Of a stretch of DNA of 62,065 bases, positions 46,244 to 57,303 are shown piece after piece. The stretch comes from Burkholderiales bacterium (lineage in GTDB: Bacteria; Pseudomonadota; Gammaproteobacteria; Burkholderiales; SG8-41), in contig JBKBXX010000004.1 in assembly GCA_046313915.1 (NCBI GenBank), positions 1 through 62,065 on the forward strand. The letters are read 5' to 3'. Each line of letters starts with the position of its first letter. Position 1 is the first letter of the stretch. The notes under the pieces are model-generated. The model was not told where the DNA came from. It saw nothing but the letters and a program-made list of their open reading frames with translations, and made no database searches. The position numbers were made by a program, and so were the translations under genes.

Positions 46244-47659
46244 ATGGACGAAACAAAGCACATCAGCTATCAGGGGAGACTGGTCATCGTCGGTTTCGGC
46301 TCGGTCGGGCAGGGGACGCTGCCGCTGCTGCTGCGTCACATCGACATGCCCAGGGACCACATCACCATCATTACCGGCGATGAGCGCGGCAAGTCGGAAG
46401 CCCGGCATTTCGGCATAAACTTCATCGTCAGGCCGCTCACGCGCGAAAACTACCCTGCGCTGCTCGATCCGCTGCTCGGCGAAGGCGATTTCCTTCTCAA
46501 TCTTTCCGTCGATGTTTCCAGCGTCGCGCTGATCGAATACTGCTGCACCAGGGGTGCAATGTATCTCGACACCTGCATCGAGCCATGGCACGGCGGTTAT
46601 ACCGATCAGAGCGTTTCCCCCTCACACCGGTCCAATTACGGCTTGCGCGAAGCGGTGCTGGCGCTGCGCCGGAGATATCCTGCCGGGCCGACGGTGATCC
46701 CGACCCACGGCGCCAATCCCGGTCTGATTTCGCACTGGGTGAAACAGGCGCTCGTCAACCTGGCGCGTGATATTCTCGGGCAGACCGTCATCCCCCAGAG
46801 CAGGGCGCAGTGGGCGCAGCTCGCGATGGAACTCGGCGTCAAGGTGATCCACTGCGCCGAACGCGACACCCAGACCGCCAATCCCGGCAAGCGCCGCTTC
46901 GAATTCGTCAACACCTGGTCGGTTGACGGTTTCATCGGTGAGGGCTCGCAGCCGTGCGAGCTGGGCTGGGGTTCGCATGAGAAGCATTTTCCTCCCGACG
47001 GCAGGCGCCACGAATTTGGCTGCGACGCGGCGATTTACCTCGCCCGGCCAGGCGCTTCGGTGCAGGTGCGCTCGTGGACGCCGACGGAAGGCCATTATCA
47101 TGGTTTGCTTATCACTCACGGCGAGGCGATCTCGATCTCCGATTACTACACCGTGCGTAACGGCGACGAGATCATCTACCGCCCGACGTGCCATTACGCC
47201 TACCATCCGTGCGACCACACGGTGCTGTCGGTATATGAACTTGCCGGTAAAGGATGGGTGGGGCAGGAGCAAAGGCGTGTGCTGATGGACGAGATCTACG
47301 ACGGCACGGACGAACTCGGGGCGCTGCTGATGGGGCACGCCAGGGGCGCGTACTGGTACGGCTCGCAGCTTTCGATTCACGAAGCACGCAAGCTCGCTCC
47401 GTTCAACAATGCCACCAGCCTCCAGGTTGCCGCCGGAGTGATGGGGGCAGTAGTGTGGATGATGGAGCATCCGATGGCTGGCATCCTCGAGCCCGACGAA
47501 ATCGATTTCCAGCGCGTGCTCGAACTCGCGAGTCCCTATCTCGGCACCCAGCTTGGCGTCTATTCCGACTGGACCCCGCTCCAAGGACGTAACCATCCTT
47601 TTCCCGAAGATCTCGACACCTCCGATCCGTGGCAATTCAAGAACTTTCGCGTCGTGTGA
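46244..47659 (+). CDS. hss: homospermidine synthase
   Basis: GFGSVGQG, HGANPG, NTWSVDGF, NATSLQV, DPWQF.N. Confidence 0.92.
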   Translation: MDETKHISYQGRLVIVGFGSVGQGTLPLLLRHIDMPRDHITIITGDERGKSEARHFGINFIVRPLTRENYPALLDPLLGEGDFLLNLSVDVSSVALIEYCCTRGAMYLDTCIEPWHGGYTDQSVSPSHRSNYGLREAVLALRRRYPAGPTVIPTHGANPGLISHWVKQALVNLARDILGQTVIPQSRAQWAQLAMELGVKVIHCAERDTQTANPGKRRFEFVNTWSVDGFIGEGSQPCELGWGSHEKHFPPDGRRHEFGCDAAIYLARPGASVQVRSWTPTEGHYHGLLITHGEAISISDYYTVRNGDEIIYRPTCHYAYHPCDHTVLSVYELAGKGWVGQEQRRVLMDEIYDGTDELGALLMGHARGAYWYGSQLSIHEARKLAPFNNATSLQVAAGVMGAVVWMMEHPMAGILEPDEIDFQRVLELASPYLGTQLGVYSDWTPLQGRNHPFPEDLDTSDPWQFKNFRVV

Positions 47660-47745
47660 CGCGGGAATGCGGTTCAAGAGCAAAAAGCGACGGGAAAAGC
47701 GGTGCGCCGGTCGTGTTCGTTGTTTTTTATCCGTGAAACCAGGCC

Positions 47746-48285
47746 ATGGCCGACAGCCGCCGGCATTCCCATCCTGACACCCCGTCGGCTTGGGTATGCC
47801 GGTGGGCGCAGCGGATTCAGCCCGGCGGACGGGTGCTCGATGTCGCTGCCGGTGGCGGACGCCACGCCCGCTGGCTGGCGGCGCGCGGCCACCCGGTCGA
47901 CGCAGTGGATCGCGATGCGGCTGCGCTTGCCGGGCTCGCGGGGGTGGCAGGGATCACCCCTTTGTGCGCCGATCTCGAATCGGGGCCCTGGCCTTACACC
48001 GGGTGCCGGTTTGCCGGCATCGTGGTGGCAAACTATCTGTACCGTCCGCTTTTCCCCCATCTGCTCGCAGCGCTTGCGCCGGGCGGCGTGCTGATTTACG
48101 AGACTTTCGCTGCCGGCCACGAGCAGTATGGGCGGCCCCGCAACCCCGATTTTCTGCTCAAGCCGGGCGAATTGCTGGAAGTCGTGCGTGGACGCCTGCG
48201 GGTTCTCGCCTATGAGGACGTATTCGTCGCCGACCCCGGGCCCGCGCTGGTGCAGCGGATCTGTGCGGTCGCTCCGGCTTGCTGA
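47746..48285 (+). CDS. class I SAM-dependent methyltransferase (TehB-like)
   Basis: VLDVAAGGGRH, NYLYR, YETF..NPDFLLKPGELL. Confidence 0.85.
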   Translation: MADSRRHSHPDTPSAWVCRWAQRIQPGGRVLDVAAGGGRHARWLAARGHPVDAVDRDAAALAGLAGVAGITPLCADLESGPWPYTGCRFAGIVVANYLYRPLFPHLLAALAPGGVLIYETFAAGHEQYGRPRNPDFLLKPGELLEVVRGRLRVLAYEDVFVADPGPALVQRICAVAPAC

Positions 48286-48297
48286 ACGGTGCCCCTT

Positions 48298-48329
48298 AAA
48301 AAAGTTGAGTGGGGACTCAACCTTTTTTT
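48298..48329 (+). terminator. intrinsic terminator
   Basis: GTTGAGT-GGGG-ACTCAAC hairpin flanked by A and T tracts. Confidence 0.75.
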
Positions 48330-48387
48330 CCGTCAGTCGTTACAGACAGTAAGGATTTTGTAAATTGTTCCAACTTACCATCTAACG

Positions 48388-48600
48388 ATGCGACTGGCGA
48401 TCATGGCTGCTGCGGATACGGTGAGCGACGTGCCCCCACCCGAAGACTACGGGGTGGAGGTGCTGTGCGCGAGCTGGAATCCGGTGGTGGCCGCCGTGGC
48501 CGAACCGGTGGTTGCCCACGCCTGTCGGGAGCCGTTGGCGGCGCCTGCGGAGGTCGATGCCGACGCTTTCCTCGAGCAGTTCTATCGCTGTCAGAGCTAG
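48388..48600 (+). CDS. small acidic hypothetical protein
   Basis: 70-aa ORF after AT-rich promoter-like DNA, ends FLEQFYRCQS. Confidence 0.55.
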   Translation: MRLAIMAAADTVSDVPPPEDYGVEVLCASWNPVVAAVAEPVVAHACREPLAAPAEVDADAFLEQFYRCQS

Positions 48601-48898
48601 GCATCCGGCACAGTCTGCCGGCTCTGCTGCCGGCGTAACGGCCGGTCAGCGGCATTACTGCCGATGCTGGGTGGCAGGGCCTGTCTTATCCGCGATGGGT
48701 CCTGCGAGCGCTTGCCCGGCCCCTTGTTCGCGTCAGCCAGGTCACGCGGCGATGCGGCGATAACCGTCCGCTGCAGCCTCTGCCGCCGCGCCGCGTCTCA
48801 TCGACTATCCCGCACCATGGCGAATCGGGTAAAATGGCCCGATTTAGTCAAGGCGTAAACTCATCGGTTTGCGCCCTTTTCCAAGGGAACCCCGGTAA

Positions 48899-49783
48899 AT
48901 GGCTACGCTGCAGGGCAGCCTGGTCGCAATCGTGACTCCGATGCTGGAGGACGGCGGCCTCGATTTCGACGCATTCCGCAAACTGATCGACTGGCACATC
49001 GAACAAGGCACCGACGGTATCGTCGTCGTCGGCACCACCGGTGAATCGCCGACGGTCGATTTCGACGAGCATCGCCTGTTGATCAGGACCGCAGTCGAGC
49101 ACGTGGCGAAACGGGTCCCGGTGATCGCCGGCACCGGCGCCAATTCGACCCGCGAGGCGATCGAGCTGTCGACTTACGCCAGGGACGCGGGTGCCGACAT
49201 GAGCCTGTCGGTCGTGCCGTATTACAACAAGCCGACCCAGGAAGGGCTCTACCGCCATTTCAGGGCGATTGCCGAAGCCGTCGATATTCCACAGATCCTC
49301 TACAACGTACCCGGCCGCACCGTCGCCGACATCGGCAATGATACGGTGCTGCGCCTGGCCAAGATTCCGAACGTCGTCGGTATCAAGGACGCGACCGCCA
49401 ATCTCGAACGCGCTGCCGATCTGCTGCGCCGCAAGCCCGCCGGTTTCCTGGTCTATAGCGGCGATGATGCCACCGGGCTTGCATCGATGCTGCTGGGCGG
49501 CGATGGCGTGATCTCGGTGACCGCCAACGTGGCGCCCAAGCTGATGCACGAAATGTGCGCGGCGGCGCTTGCCGGCAACGTCGCGCAAGCGCGCGAAATC
49601 AACAACCGCCTGCTGGGGCTGCACCGTCATCTGTTCTGCGAAGCGAACCCGATTCCGGTGAAATGGGCCGTGCAGCAGATGGGGCTGATCAAGGGCGGCA
49701 TCCGTTTGCCGCTCACGCCGCTCGCCGACGGCTTTCATGAGCGGGTGCGGCAGGCAATGAAGGAAGCGGGAATCGCGGCATGA
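48899..49783 (+). CDS. dapA: 4-hydroxy-tetrahydrodipicolinate synthase
   Basis: GTTGES, YNVPGRT, GIKDA, NPIPVK. Confidence 0.96.
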   Translation: MATLQGSLVAIVTPMLEDGGLDFDAFRKLIDWHIEQGTDGIVVVGTTGESPTVDFDEHRLLIRTAVEHVAKRVPVIAGTGANSTREAIELSTYARDAGADMSLSVVPYYNKPTQEGLYRHFRAIAEAVDIPQILYNVPGRTVADIGNDTVLRLAKIPNVVGIKDATANLERAADLLRRKPAGFLVYSGDDATGLASMLLGGDGVISVTANVAPKLMHEMCAAALAGNVAQAREINNRLLGLHRHLFCEANPIPVKWAVQQMGLIKGGIRLPLTPLADGFHERVRQAMKEAGIAA

Positions 49784-50973
49784 AGCAAATTTTTGGCGGC
49801 GGATCGGGAAAGGACGGCGGCGCACGGCGGCGCGGATTGCTCGGCAAGGTGGCAGGCGCGGTGCTCATCCTGTCGCTGGCGGCGTGCAAATCGACGTCCA
49901 TCGAGCTGCCCAGCAAGAAAATCGATTACAAATCAACGAGTCAGCTGCCACCGCTCGAGATTCCGCCGGATCTCACCCGTCCCGGCAGCGATGATCGCTT
50001 CGTGGTGCCCGATGTCAACCCCCAAAGCACGGCAACCTATTCGGCCTATAGCAGGGAGCGGGCGGGAGAAAAACGAGCGGGAGTCGGTTCCGGCGTGCTG
50101 CCCAAGCTCGAGAATGCACGCATCGAGCGCGCCGGCACCCAGCGCTGGCTGGTGGTCAAAGGCGATCCGGAGCGGTTGTGGCCGGTGGTCAAGGATTTCT
50201 GGCTGGAGTCCGGTTTCGTGGTCAACCTCGAGATGCCGGAAGCCGGCATCATGGAAACGGACTGGGCCGAGAACCGCGCCAAGATCGACGAGGGTTTCGG
50301 CATCCGCGGCCTGCTGGGCAAGGCGATCAATGCGCTTTATTCGACTTCGGAACGCGACAAGTTCCGCACCCGGCTCGAACGCGGTTCCGAGCCCGGCACG
50401 ACGGAAATCTACGTCAGCCACCGCGGCATGGAAGAAGTCTATGCTTCCTCCAGCCCGGATGTGCGGGATACCCGCTGGCAGCCGCGCCTGCCGGATCCCG
50501 AACTCGAAGCCGAGATGCTGCGCCGCCTGATGGTGCGTTTCGGCGTGCAGGAGGACCGCGCGCGAACCGAGATCGCCAATGCAACCGCTCCCCTCCGCGC
50601 GAAACTGTCCACGGCCAAAGACGGCACGGCGATGCTGGCGCTCGACGAACAGTTCGACCGTGCGTGGCGGCGCGTGGGTCTCGCGCTGGACCGTGTCGGT
50701 TTCACCGTCGAGGATCGCGATCGTTCGAAGGGGGTGTATTTCGTGCGTTACATCGATCCCGGCATCGACAACAAGTCGGCGGACGACAAAGGCTGGCTGT
50801 CCAAGCTCAAGTTCTGGAGCAGTGATTCCAAAACCAAGAGCGAGCAGTACCGCATCGTGGTGAAGGACGTGCCGCCGGGCGCCGAAGTCAATGTCCTCAA
50901 CAAGGAAGGGGCGCGCGAGCAGTCGCAGACCGCAAGCCGCATACTGTCGCTGCTCTACGAGCAGTTGAAGTGA
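49780..50973 (+). CDS. bamC: outer membrane protein assembly factor BamC
   Basis: Lipobox LAAC, LEIPPDL, METDW; follows dapA. Confidence 0.92.
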   Translation: MKQIFGGGSGKDGGARRRGLLGKVAGAVLILSLAACKSTSIELPSKKIDYKSTSQLPPLEIPPDLTRPGSDDRFVVPDVNPQSTATYSAYSRERAGEKRAGVGSGVLPKLENARIERAGTQRWLVVKGDPERLWPVVKDFWLESGFVVNLEMPEAGIMETDWAENRAKIDEGFGIRGLLGKAINALYSTSERDKFRTRLERGSEPGTTEIYVSHRGMEEVYASSSPDVRDTRWQPRLPDPELEAEMLRRLMVRFGVQEDRARTEIANATAPLRAKLSTAKDGTAMLALDEQFDRAWRRVGLALDRVGFTVEDRDRSKGVYFVRYIDPGIDNKSADDKGWLSKLKFWSSDSKTKSEQYRIVVKDVPPGAEVNVLNKEGAREQSQTASRILSLLYEQLK

Positions 50974-51064
50974 AACGTGAGCGATGAAAAGTGAAGCGTG
51001 ATCCCCTGTCTGGCTACGAAGTGGGCTCTGCTTTTCACGTTTCGCGTTTCATGCGCCACGCCCA

Positions 51065-51832
51065 ATGATGCGCTTTGCATCGCTGGGCAGCGGCAGCGAA
51101 GGCAATGCGCTGGTCGTGGAGGCCGGTTGCACCCGGCTGATGCTCGATTGCGGTTTCGGCATTGGGGAAACGACGCTGCGGCTCGCCCGTCTCGGTCTCG
51201 AGCCCGGCGATCTCGAGGCGATCATCGTTACCCATGAGCACGGCGATCATGTCGGCGGTGTCGAGCGCCTGGCGCGCAGGCACGCGATCCCGGTCTATCT
51301 GACCTCTGGCACGCTCACTGCGCTCGATAGCTCGCGGCGCAGTCTCGAGCAGGTCACGATCATCGATAGCCATACGCCGTTTGCTGTCGGCGATATCGAG
51401 GTGCGGCCGTATCCGGTGCCTCACGATGCACGCGAACCGGCGCAGTTCGTGTTCGGCGACGGTCGGGCCGCCCTGGGTGTGTTGACCGATGCCGGATCTT
51501 CGACGCCCCATATCGAAAGCATGCTCTCGGGGCTCGATGCGCTGGTCATCGAGTGCAACCACGATCTCGAGCTGCTGGAAAAAAGCGGCTATCCGCCGCT
51601 CCTGAAGCAGCGCATCGCCGGCCGTTTCGGCCATCTCGACAATGGCGCGGCCGCGACGCTGCTGGCCAGTCTTGATCGCAGCCGCCTCAAGCACGTCGTC
51701 GCAGCCCATCTCTCGCAGCAGAACAACACCCCTGAACTCGCGCGCGCTGCGTTGTCGCGGGTGCTCGATTGCGACCCGCGCTGGGTGGAAGTCGCCGACC
51801 AGCGTGGAGGCTGCGCTTGGCTATCAATATAA
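51065..51832 (+). CDS. MBL-fold metallo-hydrolase (YycJ-like)
   Basis: SGSEGN, THEHGDH, HDA, ECNHD, HLS..NN. Confidence 0.9.
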   Translation: MMRFASLGSGSEGNALVVEAGCTRLMLDCGFGIGETTLRLARLGLEPGDLEAIIVTHEHGDHVGGVERLARRHAIPVYLTSGTLTALDSSRRSLEQVTIIDSHTPFAVGDIEVRPYPVPHDAREPAQFVFGDGRAALGVLTDAGSSTPHIESMLSGLDALVIECNHDLELLEKSGYPPLLKQRIAGRFGHLDNGAAATLLASLDRSRLKHVVAAHLSQQNNTPELARAALSRVLDCDPRWVEVADQRGGCAWLSI

Positions 51833-51850
51833 CACATTGATTTTAAAATA

Positions 51851-51881
51851 AAAATGCCGGCCTCGAAAGGCCGGCATTTTT
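51851..51881. terminator. bidirectional intrinsic terminator
   Basis: AAAATGCCGGCCT-CGAA-AGGCCGGCATTTT between convergent genes. Confidence 0.9.
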
Positions 51882-51894
51882 GTGTTGCGAGAAA

Positions 51895-52131
51895 TTACTT
51901 CTTCTCTTCCTTCTTTGCTTCGGCGGGAGCGGCAGGGGCTGCCGGGGCAGCACCTTCGGCCTTGGGCGCTTCGGCTGCGGGAGCAGCCGGAGCAGGCGCT
52001 TCAGCCTTGGGCGCTTCCGGAGCGGGTGCCGGGGCAGGCGCCGGAGCGGGGGTGGGCGCCGGAGCGGGTTTTTCGCCGCAGGCGCTCAGACCAATAGCCA
52101 GAAGAGCAGCAATGAGGAGCGAGCGTTTCAT
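51895..52131 (-). CDS. small Ala/Pro-rich lipoprotein
   Basis: Lipobox LSAC followed by PAP/AEAPK repeats. Confidence 0.8.
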   Translation of the reverse strand: MKRSLLIAALLAIGLSACGEKPAPAPTPAPAPAPAPAPEAPKAEAPAPAAPAAEAPKAEGAAPAAPAAPAEAKKEEKK

Positions 52132-52367
52132 GTTTGTTTTCCCTTAGATCAGTAAATAGTTAACACCAAAAAACAACGGCCAACGCGGATCGACCTGACA
52201 TTAACGGCCGTTGATGCCTAGCCGTTGACATGCAATTATAGCCAAGGTTGGGCTACAAGTGGTTTTTATGTTACCCGCCAGCAGCCTCAAAACATTCCAT
52301 TTTATCGCCGTTTTCTTACAGCCCGCTTACGGCGGCTGCCGAAGCTTGCCGCGAATTTTCCGTGGAA

Positions 52368-53498
52368 TCACCGGTAGCCTGGACCGCAGCCGAGCTCGAC
52401 ATAACCGCAGCAGTACCACCGATAGAGCCAGTTCCCGGCTTCGGCGCCGAGAGGGGTGCGAGGCGGCAGAAAGCGCCGGTCGGCGAGGCGCAACAGCACG
52501 CGCTCGCCCCGTGTTTCACAGCACTCGCCATTGATGAAAATCCGGTGGCCGCGGTACAGCATCCGCGTTTTCAGTGCCAGACGCACGCCATCGCGCCGCG
52601 CCCGCGCCGCGAAAATTGCACTGGTGAGCGGCCGCGAGGGACGGTCGAACACGATATGGGGCTGGGGTTCGGTCAGAAACTGGCCGGCGAATTGGGCGAC
52701 ATCGCGCTCACGCCAGCGGATGCGTGCGACCATGTGCTGCATCTGCTGCAGCATCGCCGGTCCGAGCTGCGCCGGATGCCGCTGCGGTTCGAGATCGGGA
52801 TCGCGATACCGGCCTTCGAGCGCGAGACGGTCCTGCAGAAACTCGAGAAAATGCGACCCCAGTTCCTGTGCGCTCGGGGCGCGAAAACCGATCGAGCAGG
52901 TCAGGCACTCATCGACGGCGATGCCGTCGTGGGCGTAGCGCGGCGGCAAGTACAGCATGTCTGCCGGCGCGAGCAGCCATTCGTGCTGCGGGCGGAAGCG
53001 GCGCAGTATCCTGAGCGGCGCACCGTCGACCAGCGCCAGATCACGCTGTGCACTGATGCGCCAGCGCCGCGTGCCGGCGAGCTGCAGCAGAAACACGTCG
53101 TAGCTGTCGAAGTGGGGGCCGACGCCGCCGCCGGCAGGAGCATAGCTCACCATGATGTCGTCGAGCCGTGCATAAGGAATGAAGGCGAAACGCTGCAGCA
53201 GTTCCCCGGCTTCGGGCACGACGTGGTTCACCCCCTGCACCAGCAGCGTCCAGCCGGTTCGCGGCAACCGCGCCAGGGCGCGTTTCGTAAAAGGACCGTG
53301 CGCGACTTGCCAGCGGCCGCGCTGGCGCATCACGAGGCGCGACTGGACGTCGTCGCGCGCGGCGAGCTCGAACAGCGTTTTGCGGTCGAGCATGGCGGCG
53401 TAGTCCGGCAGGGCCTGCCGCGCAAGCAACGGTCTTTTCTGCCAATGGCGGCGCAGGAAGGCTGTCGTGGTCAGGCCGGCGAGAAATTTCTTCTGCAT
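52368..53498 (-). CDS. roxA: JmjC/cupin ribosomal protein uL16 3-hydroxylase
   Basis: RLDDIMVSYA..GGVGPHFDSYDVFLLQ, LYLPP..AHDG. Confidence 0.88.
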   Translation of the reverse strand: MQKKFLAGLTTTAFLRRHWQKRPLLARQALPDYAAMLDRKTLFELAARDDVQSRLVMRQRGRWQVAHGPFTKRALARLPRTGWTLLVQGVNHVVPEAGELLQRFAFIPYARLDDIMVSYAPAGGGVGPHFDSYDVFLLQLAGTRRWRISAQRDLALVDGAPLRILRRFRPQHEWLLAPADMLYLPPRYAHDGIAVDECLTCSIGFRAPSAQELGSHFLEFLQDRLALEGRYRDPDLEPQRHPAQLGPAMLQQMQHMVARIRWRERDVAQFAGQFLTEPQPHIVFDRPSRPLTSAIFAARARRDGVRLALKTRMLYRGHRIFINGECCETRGERVLLRLADRRFLPPRTPLGAEAGNWLYRWYCCGYVELGCGPGYR

Positions 53499-53613
53499 TC
53501 GGCCATTATAGCGTGCGCTGCTCGCGGCACTTCCGCATTGCCGGCGCGACGCCTATACTGTCCCCGGAGTTTGGATGGAATCGATGTTCGAGGAGCGAGA
53601 CGGATCTGTTAAT

Positions 53614-54090
53614 ATGCTGCAACCGGGACAACCCGCGCCGGTTTTCGACCTGCCCGACGCCGACATGAACATGGTGAGCCTGGCGAGTTTCAGGAACCGC
53701 CATAACGTCGTGCTTTATTTTTATCCCAAAGACGACACGCCGGGCTGCACGCTGGAGGCGATCGGTTTCAGCGACCTGGAAGAGGAATTCAGCCGCGCCA
53801 AGGCCGTGGTGCTCGGCGTCAGCATGGACGATTGCCTGAGCCACGGTTCCTTTCGCGACAGGCACGGCCTGTGCGTGCAGTTGCTGGCTGACACCGAGGG
53901 CGAAGTCTGCCGCAGTTATGGCGTGATCCAGGAAAAGGAAACCGACGGCAGAAAAAGAACATGTATAGTGCGTTCGACGTTCGTCATCGACCGCAAAGGC
54001 GTCATCAAACACGCGCTCTATGGCGTGAACCCCCGCGGCCATGCCGCGGAAGTGCTCAATCTGGTCAGGAAAATGGAAAAATGCAAATAG
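53614..54090 (+). CDS. bcp: peroxiredoxin Bcp
   Basis: YFYPKDDTPGCT, RSTFVID. Confidence 0.9.
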   Translation: MLQPGQPAPVFDLPDADMNMVSLASFRNRHNVVLYFYPKDDTPGCTLEAIGFSDLEEEFSRAKAVVLGVSMDDCLSHGSFRDRHGLCVQLLADTEGEVCRSYGVIQEKETDGRKRTCIVRSTFVIDRKGVIKHALYGVNPRGHAAEVLNLVRKMEKCK

Positions 54091-54560
54091 CCAAAAACAC
54101 CGTAGTGACGCTGCAATATGAGTTGTCGGACGCCGATGGCAACCTCATCGAAAAAGCCGATACGCCGATCGAGTATCTGCACGGCGGCTATCACGGTATT
54201 TTCCCCGAGGTGGAAAAGGCGCTCGACGGCAAGACCGTCGGCGACAGCTGTGCGGTGAGGCTGGATCCCGACAATGCGTTCGGTGATTACGATTCCGATC
54301 TGGTGCACGTCGAGACCCGCGACAAGTTTCCGGAGAACGTCGCCGTCGGCATGCAGTTCGAGGGCCGGGGCGAGAACTCGGGAGAGGTCCTGATCTACAC
54401 CGTCACCGATATCGCCGAAGACAAGGTGGTGGTCGATGGTAACCATCCGCTCGCGGGACAGACGCTGAATTTCTCGTGCACCGTGGCGGACGTTCGCGCC
54501 GCCACCACCGAAGAGATAGCGCACGGCCACGCCCACGGCGCGCACGGCCACCATCATTGA
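54081..54560 (+). CDS. slyD: FKBP-type peptidyl-prolyl isomerase
   Basis: VDGNHPLAG, His-rich tail. Confidence 0.92.
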   Translation: MQIAKNTVVTLQYELSDADGNLIEKADTPIEYLHGGYHGIFPEVEKALDGKTVGDSCAVRLDPDNAFGDYDSDLVHVETRDKFPENVAVGMQFEGRGENSGEVLIYTVTDIAEDKVVVDGNHPLAGQTLNFSCTVADVRAATTEEIAHGHAHGAHGHHH

Positions 54561-54609
54561 ATTGGGTGAGCGGCGAGCCGCGGGCTCTTATCCCGTAGCC
54601 CACCGTTAC

Positions 54610-57183
54610 TCACGTATCGAGCTGTTTCATCCGGTAGAGCAGTTCGAGCGCCTGTTTGGGCGTGAGCGTATCGGGATCGGTGTCGTGTAGCAGCTGCAGC
54701 GCCGGATGGGCTGCCGCTTCGGCAGGTGCCGCTGGCGCCGGCGGTGTGCTGAACAGGTCGCGTTGCGGGCTGGCAGCGGCGGCGTGCTGTTCGAGTTCGG
54801 CCAGGTTCCTGCGGGCGGCGCGGATCACCGAGGCCGGCACGCCGGCGAGGCTTGCGACCTGCAGGCCGTAGCTCTGGTTGGCGGGGCCTTCTTCCACGCT
54901 GTGCAGAAACACGATGTGGTCCTTGTGCTCGACCGCGTCAAGATGGACATTGGCTACCTGGCGGAATTTTTCCGCAAGCCGCGTCAACTCGAAGTAATGC
55001 GTGGCAAACAGCGTGAAGCAGCGGTTTTTTTCGACCAGGTGGTGCACGATCGCCCACGCCAGCGCCAGGCCGTCGAAGGTCGAGGTGCCGCGCCCGATCT
55101 CGTCCATCAGCACCAGGCTGCATTCGGTGGCGTGATGCAGGATGTATGCGGCCTCGGTCATTTCCACCATGAAAGTCGAGCGTCCGCCCGCCAGATCGTC
55201 GGCGGCACCGATGCGTGTGAAAATCTGGTCGATGGGGCCGAGCTTTGCACGCTTCGCCGGCACGAACGAACCGCAGTGCGCGAGCAGCGCGATCAACGCC
55301 ACTTGGCGCATGTAGGTCGACTTGCCGCCCATGTTGGGGCCGGTGATGAGCAGCATGCGGCGCGTTTCGGCAAGCCGGGTGTCGTTGGCGATGAAGTGGT
55401 CGACTTGGGATTCGACCACCGGATGGCGGCCGGCCTCGATTTCGATGCCGGGCTCGTCGGCGAAATGCGGCGCATTGAGGTCGAGCGCCGTCGCGCGTTC
55501 GGCGAATGCGGCGAGCATGTCGAGTTCGGCGAGCGCGCCCGCCGCGCGCTGCAGTGCCGCGACGTGGGCGGCGAGATCATCGAGCAGCCTGTCGTAGAGG
55601 AATTTTTCGCGCGCCAGCGCGCGTTCCTGAGCCGACAGCGCCTTGTCCTCGAAAGCCTTGAGTTCCGGCGTGATGTAGCGCTCGGCGTTTTTCAGCGTTT
55701 GCCTGCGCCGGTAGTCTTCGGGTACCTTGTCTGATTGCGCGCGCGTGACCTCGATGTAGAAGCCGTGCACGCGGTTGTATTCGACCTTGAGGTTGGCGAT
55801 GCCGCTGCGGCTGCGCTCGCGCGCTTCGAGCTGCATCAGGAATTCGCCGCAGTTGTTCTGTATCGCGCGCAGTTCGTCGAGTTCGGTGTCGAAACCGTCG
55901 GCGATCACGTTGCCTTCGCGCAGCACCGCCGCCGGCTCGGACTGGATCGCGGCCGCGAGCAGCGTTGTGAGATCGTCCTGTGGCGCGAGCGCCTGCGCCA
56001 GATCGGCCAGTCGCGGTGTGAACGCACCCGCCAAGGCAGCGCCGATTTCGGGGAAACGCTTGAGCGTTTCGCGCAATCCCGACAGATCGCGCGGCCGTGC
56101 CGACTTGAGCGCGATGCGCGCGGTGATGCGCTCGACATCCACGCATTGTTTCAGGATGGCGCGCAATGCGTGCTGCGGCCCGTTACCGGATTCGCCTGCC
56201 AGCGCCGCAACGGTAGCGAGCCGCGCCTGCAGCACCTCGCGGTCGGTGAGCGGATGGTGCAGGCTGTGACGCAGCAACCGGCTGCCCATGGCAGTAGCGC
56301 AGCTGTCCATCAGTGAGAGCAGAGTGGGCGCCGCCTCGCCGCGCAGAGTTTCCGAGATTTCGAGATTGCGGCGGGTTGCCGAATCCATGCGCACGTAAAC
56401 CCGCTCGTGTTCCACGGCGAGTGCCTTGACGTGGGCGATCGTGGTGCCCTGGGTGGCTTGGGCGTATTCCAGCAAGGCGCCAGCCGCGGCAACCGCGACA
56501 GTGAGATCGGTGGCACCAAAAGCCGCGAGGTCCAGGGTTTCGCACTGGCGTGCGAGGTTGCGGCGCGCGATGTCGGCATCGAACTGCCACGGCGGCAGGC
56601 GCTTGACTGCAATGCCTGCGCCATCGAGTTCGGGAAATGTCGCATCATCGGCGATCAGCACTTCGGCGGGGCGCAGCCGTTCCAGTTCATTGGCGAGATT
56701 CGCGGCAGCGGTTTCCATGATCCTGAAGCGGCCGGAGGCGAGAGACAGCCAGGCAAGGCCGACACGATTGCGTTCGCGCTGCAGCGCGAGCAGCAGGTTG
56801 TCGCGTTTGTCGTCGAGCAGCGCCGAATCAGTGAGGGTGCCGGGCGTGACGATGCGCGTCACCTTGCGTTCGACGGGCCCTTTGCCGGCATGAGGATCGC
56901 CGATCTGTTCGCAGATCGCCACCGATTCGCCGAGCCTCACCAGTTTCGCCAGATACTGCTCGACCGAATGGTAGGGCACACCCGCCATTTTGATTGGCTT
57001 GCCGGCCGAGACGCCGCGCGTGGTGAGCGTGATGTCGAGCAGCCGCGCCGCACGCTCGGCATCGTCGTAGAACAGTTCGTAGAAATCCCCCATGCGGTAG
57101 AACAGCAGCATGTCGGGATGGTCCGCCTTGATGCGCAGGTACTGTTGCATCATGGGCGTGTGTTTTTCGGGCATTTCGTGCAT
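54610..57183 (-). CDS. mutS: DNA mismatch repair protein MutS
   Basis: [37 protein letters not shown]. Confidence 0.97.
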   Translation of the reverse strand: MHEMPEKHTPMMQQYLRIKADHPDMLLFYRMGDFYELFYDDAERAARLLDITLTTRGVSAGKPIKMAGVPYHSVEQYLAKLVRLGESVAICEQIGDPHAGKGPVERKVTRIVTPGTLTDSALLDDKRDNLLLALQRERNRVGLAWLSLASGRFRIMETAAANLANELERLRPAEVLIADDATFPELDGAGIAVKRLPPWQFDADIARRNLARQCETLDLAAFGATDLTVAVAAAGALLEYAQATQGTTIAHVKALAVEHERVYVRMDSATRRNLEISETLRGEAAPTLLSLMDSCATAMGSRLLRHSLHHPLTDREVLQARLATVAALAGESGNGPQHALRAILKQCVDVERITARIALKSARPRDLSGLRETLKRFPEIGAALAGAFTPRLADLAQALAPQDDLTTLLAAAIQSEPAAVLREGNVIADGFDTELDELRAIQNNCGEFLMQLEARERSRSGIANLKVEYNRVHGFYIEVTRAQSDKVPEDYRRRQTLKNAERYITPELKAFEDKALSAQERALAREKFLYDRLLDDLAAHVAALQRAAGALAELDMLAAFAERATALDLNAPHFADEPGIEIEAGRHPVVESQVDHFIANDTRLAETRRMLLITGPNMGGKSTYMRQVALIALLAHCGSFVPAKRAKLGPIDQIFTRIGAADDLAGGRSTFMVEMTEAAYILHHATECSLVLMDEIGRGTSTFDGLALAWAIVHHLVEKNRCFTLFATHYFELTRLAEKFRQVANVHLDAVEHKDHIVFLHSVEEGPANQSYGLQVASLAGVPASVIRAARRNLAELEQHAAAASPQRDLFSTPPAPAAPAEAAAHPALQLLHDTDPDTLTPKQALELLYRMKQLDT

Positions 57184-57303
57184 GTCTGGAGACCCGCCGG
57201 GGCCCGTATTTTGACACGATTCCCGGCTGCAACGATTCCGGGAGCGGATTTTGCGGTAAAGTGCGGTCACTCGCAAAGGTTGTAGCACATATCAAAATCA
57301 AAC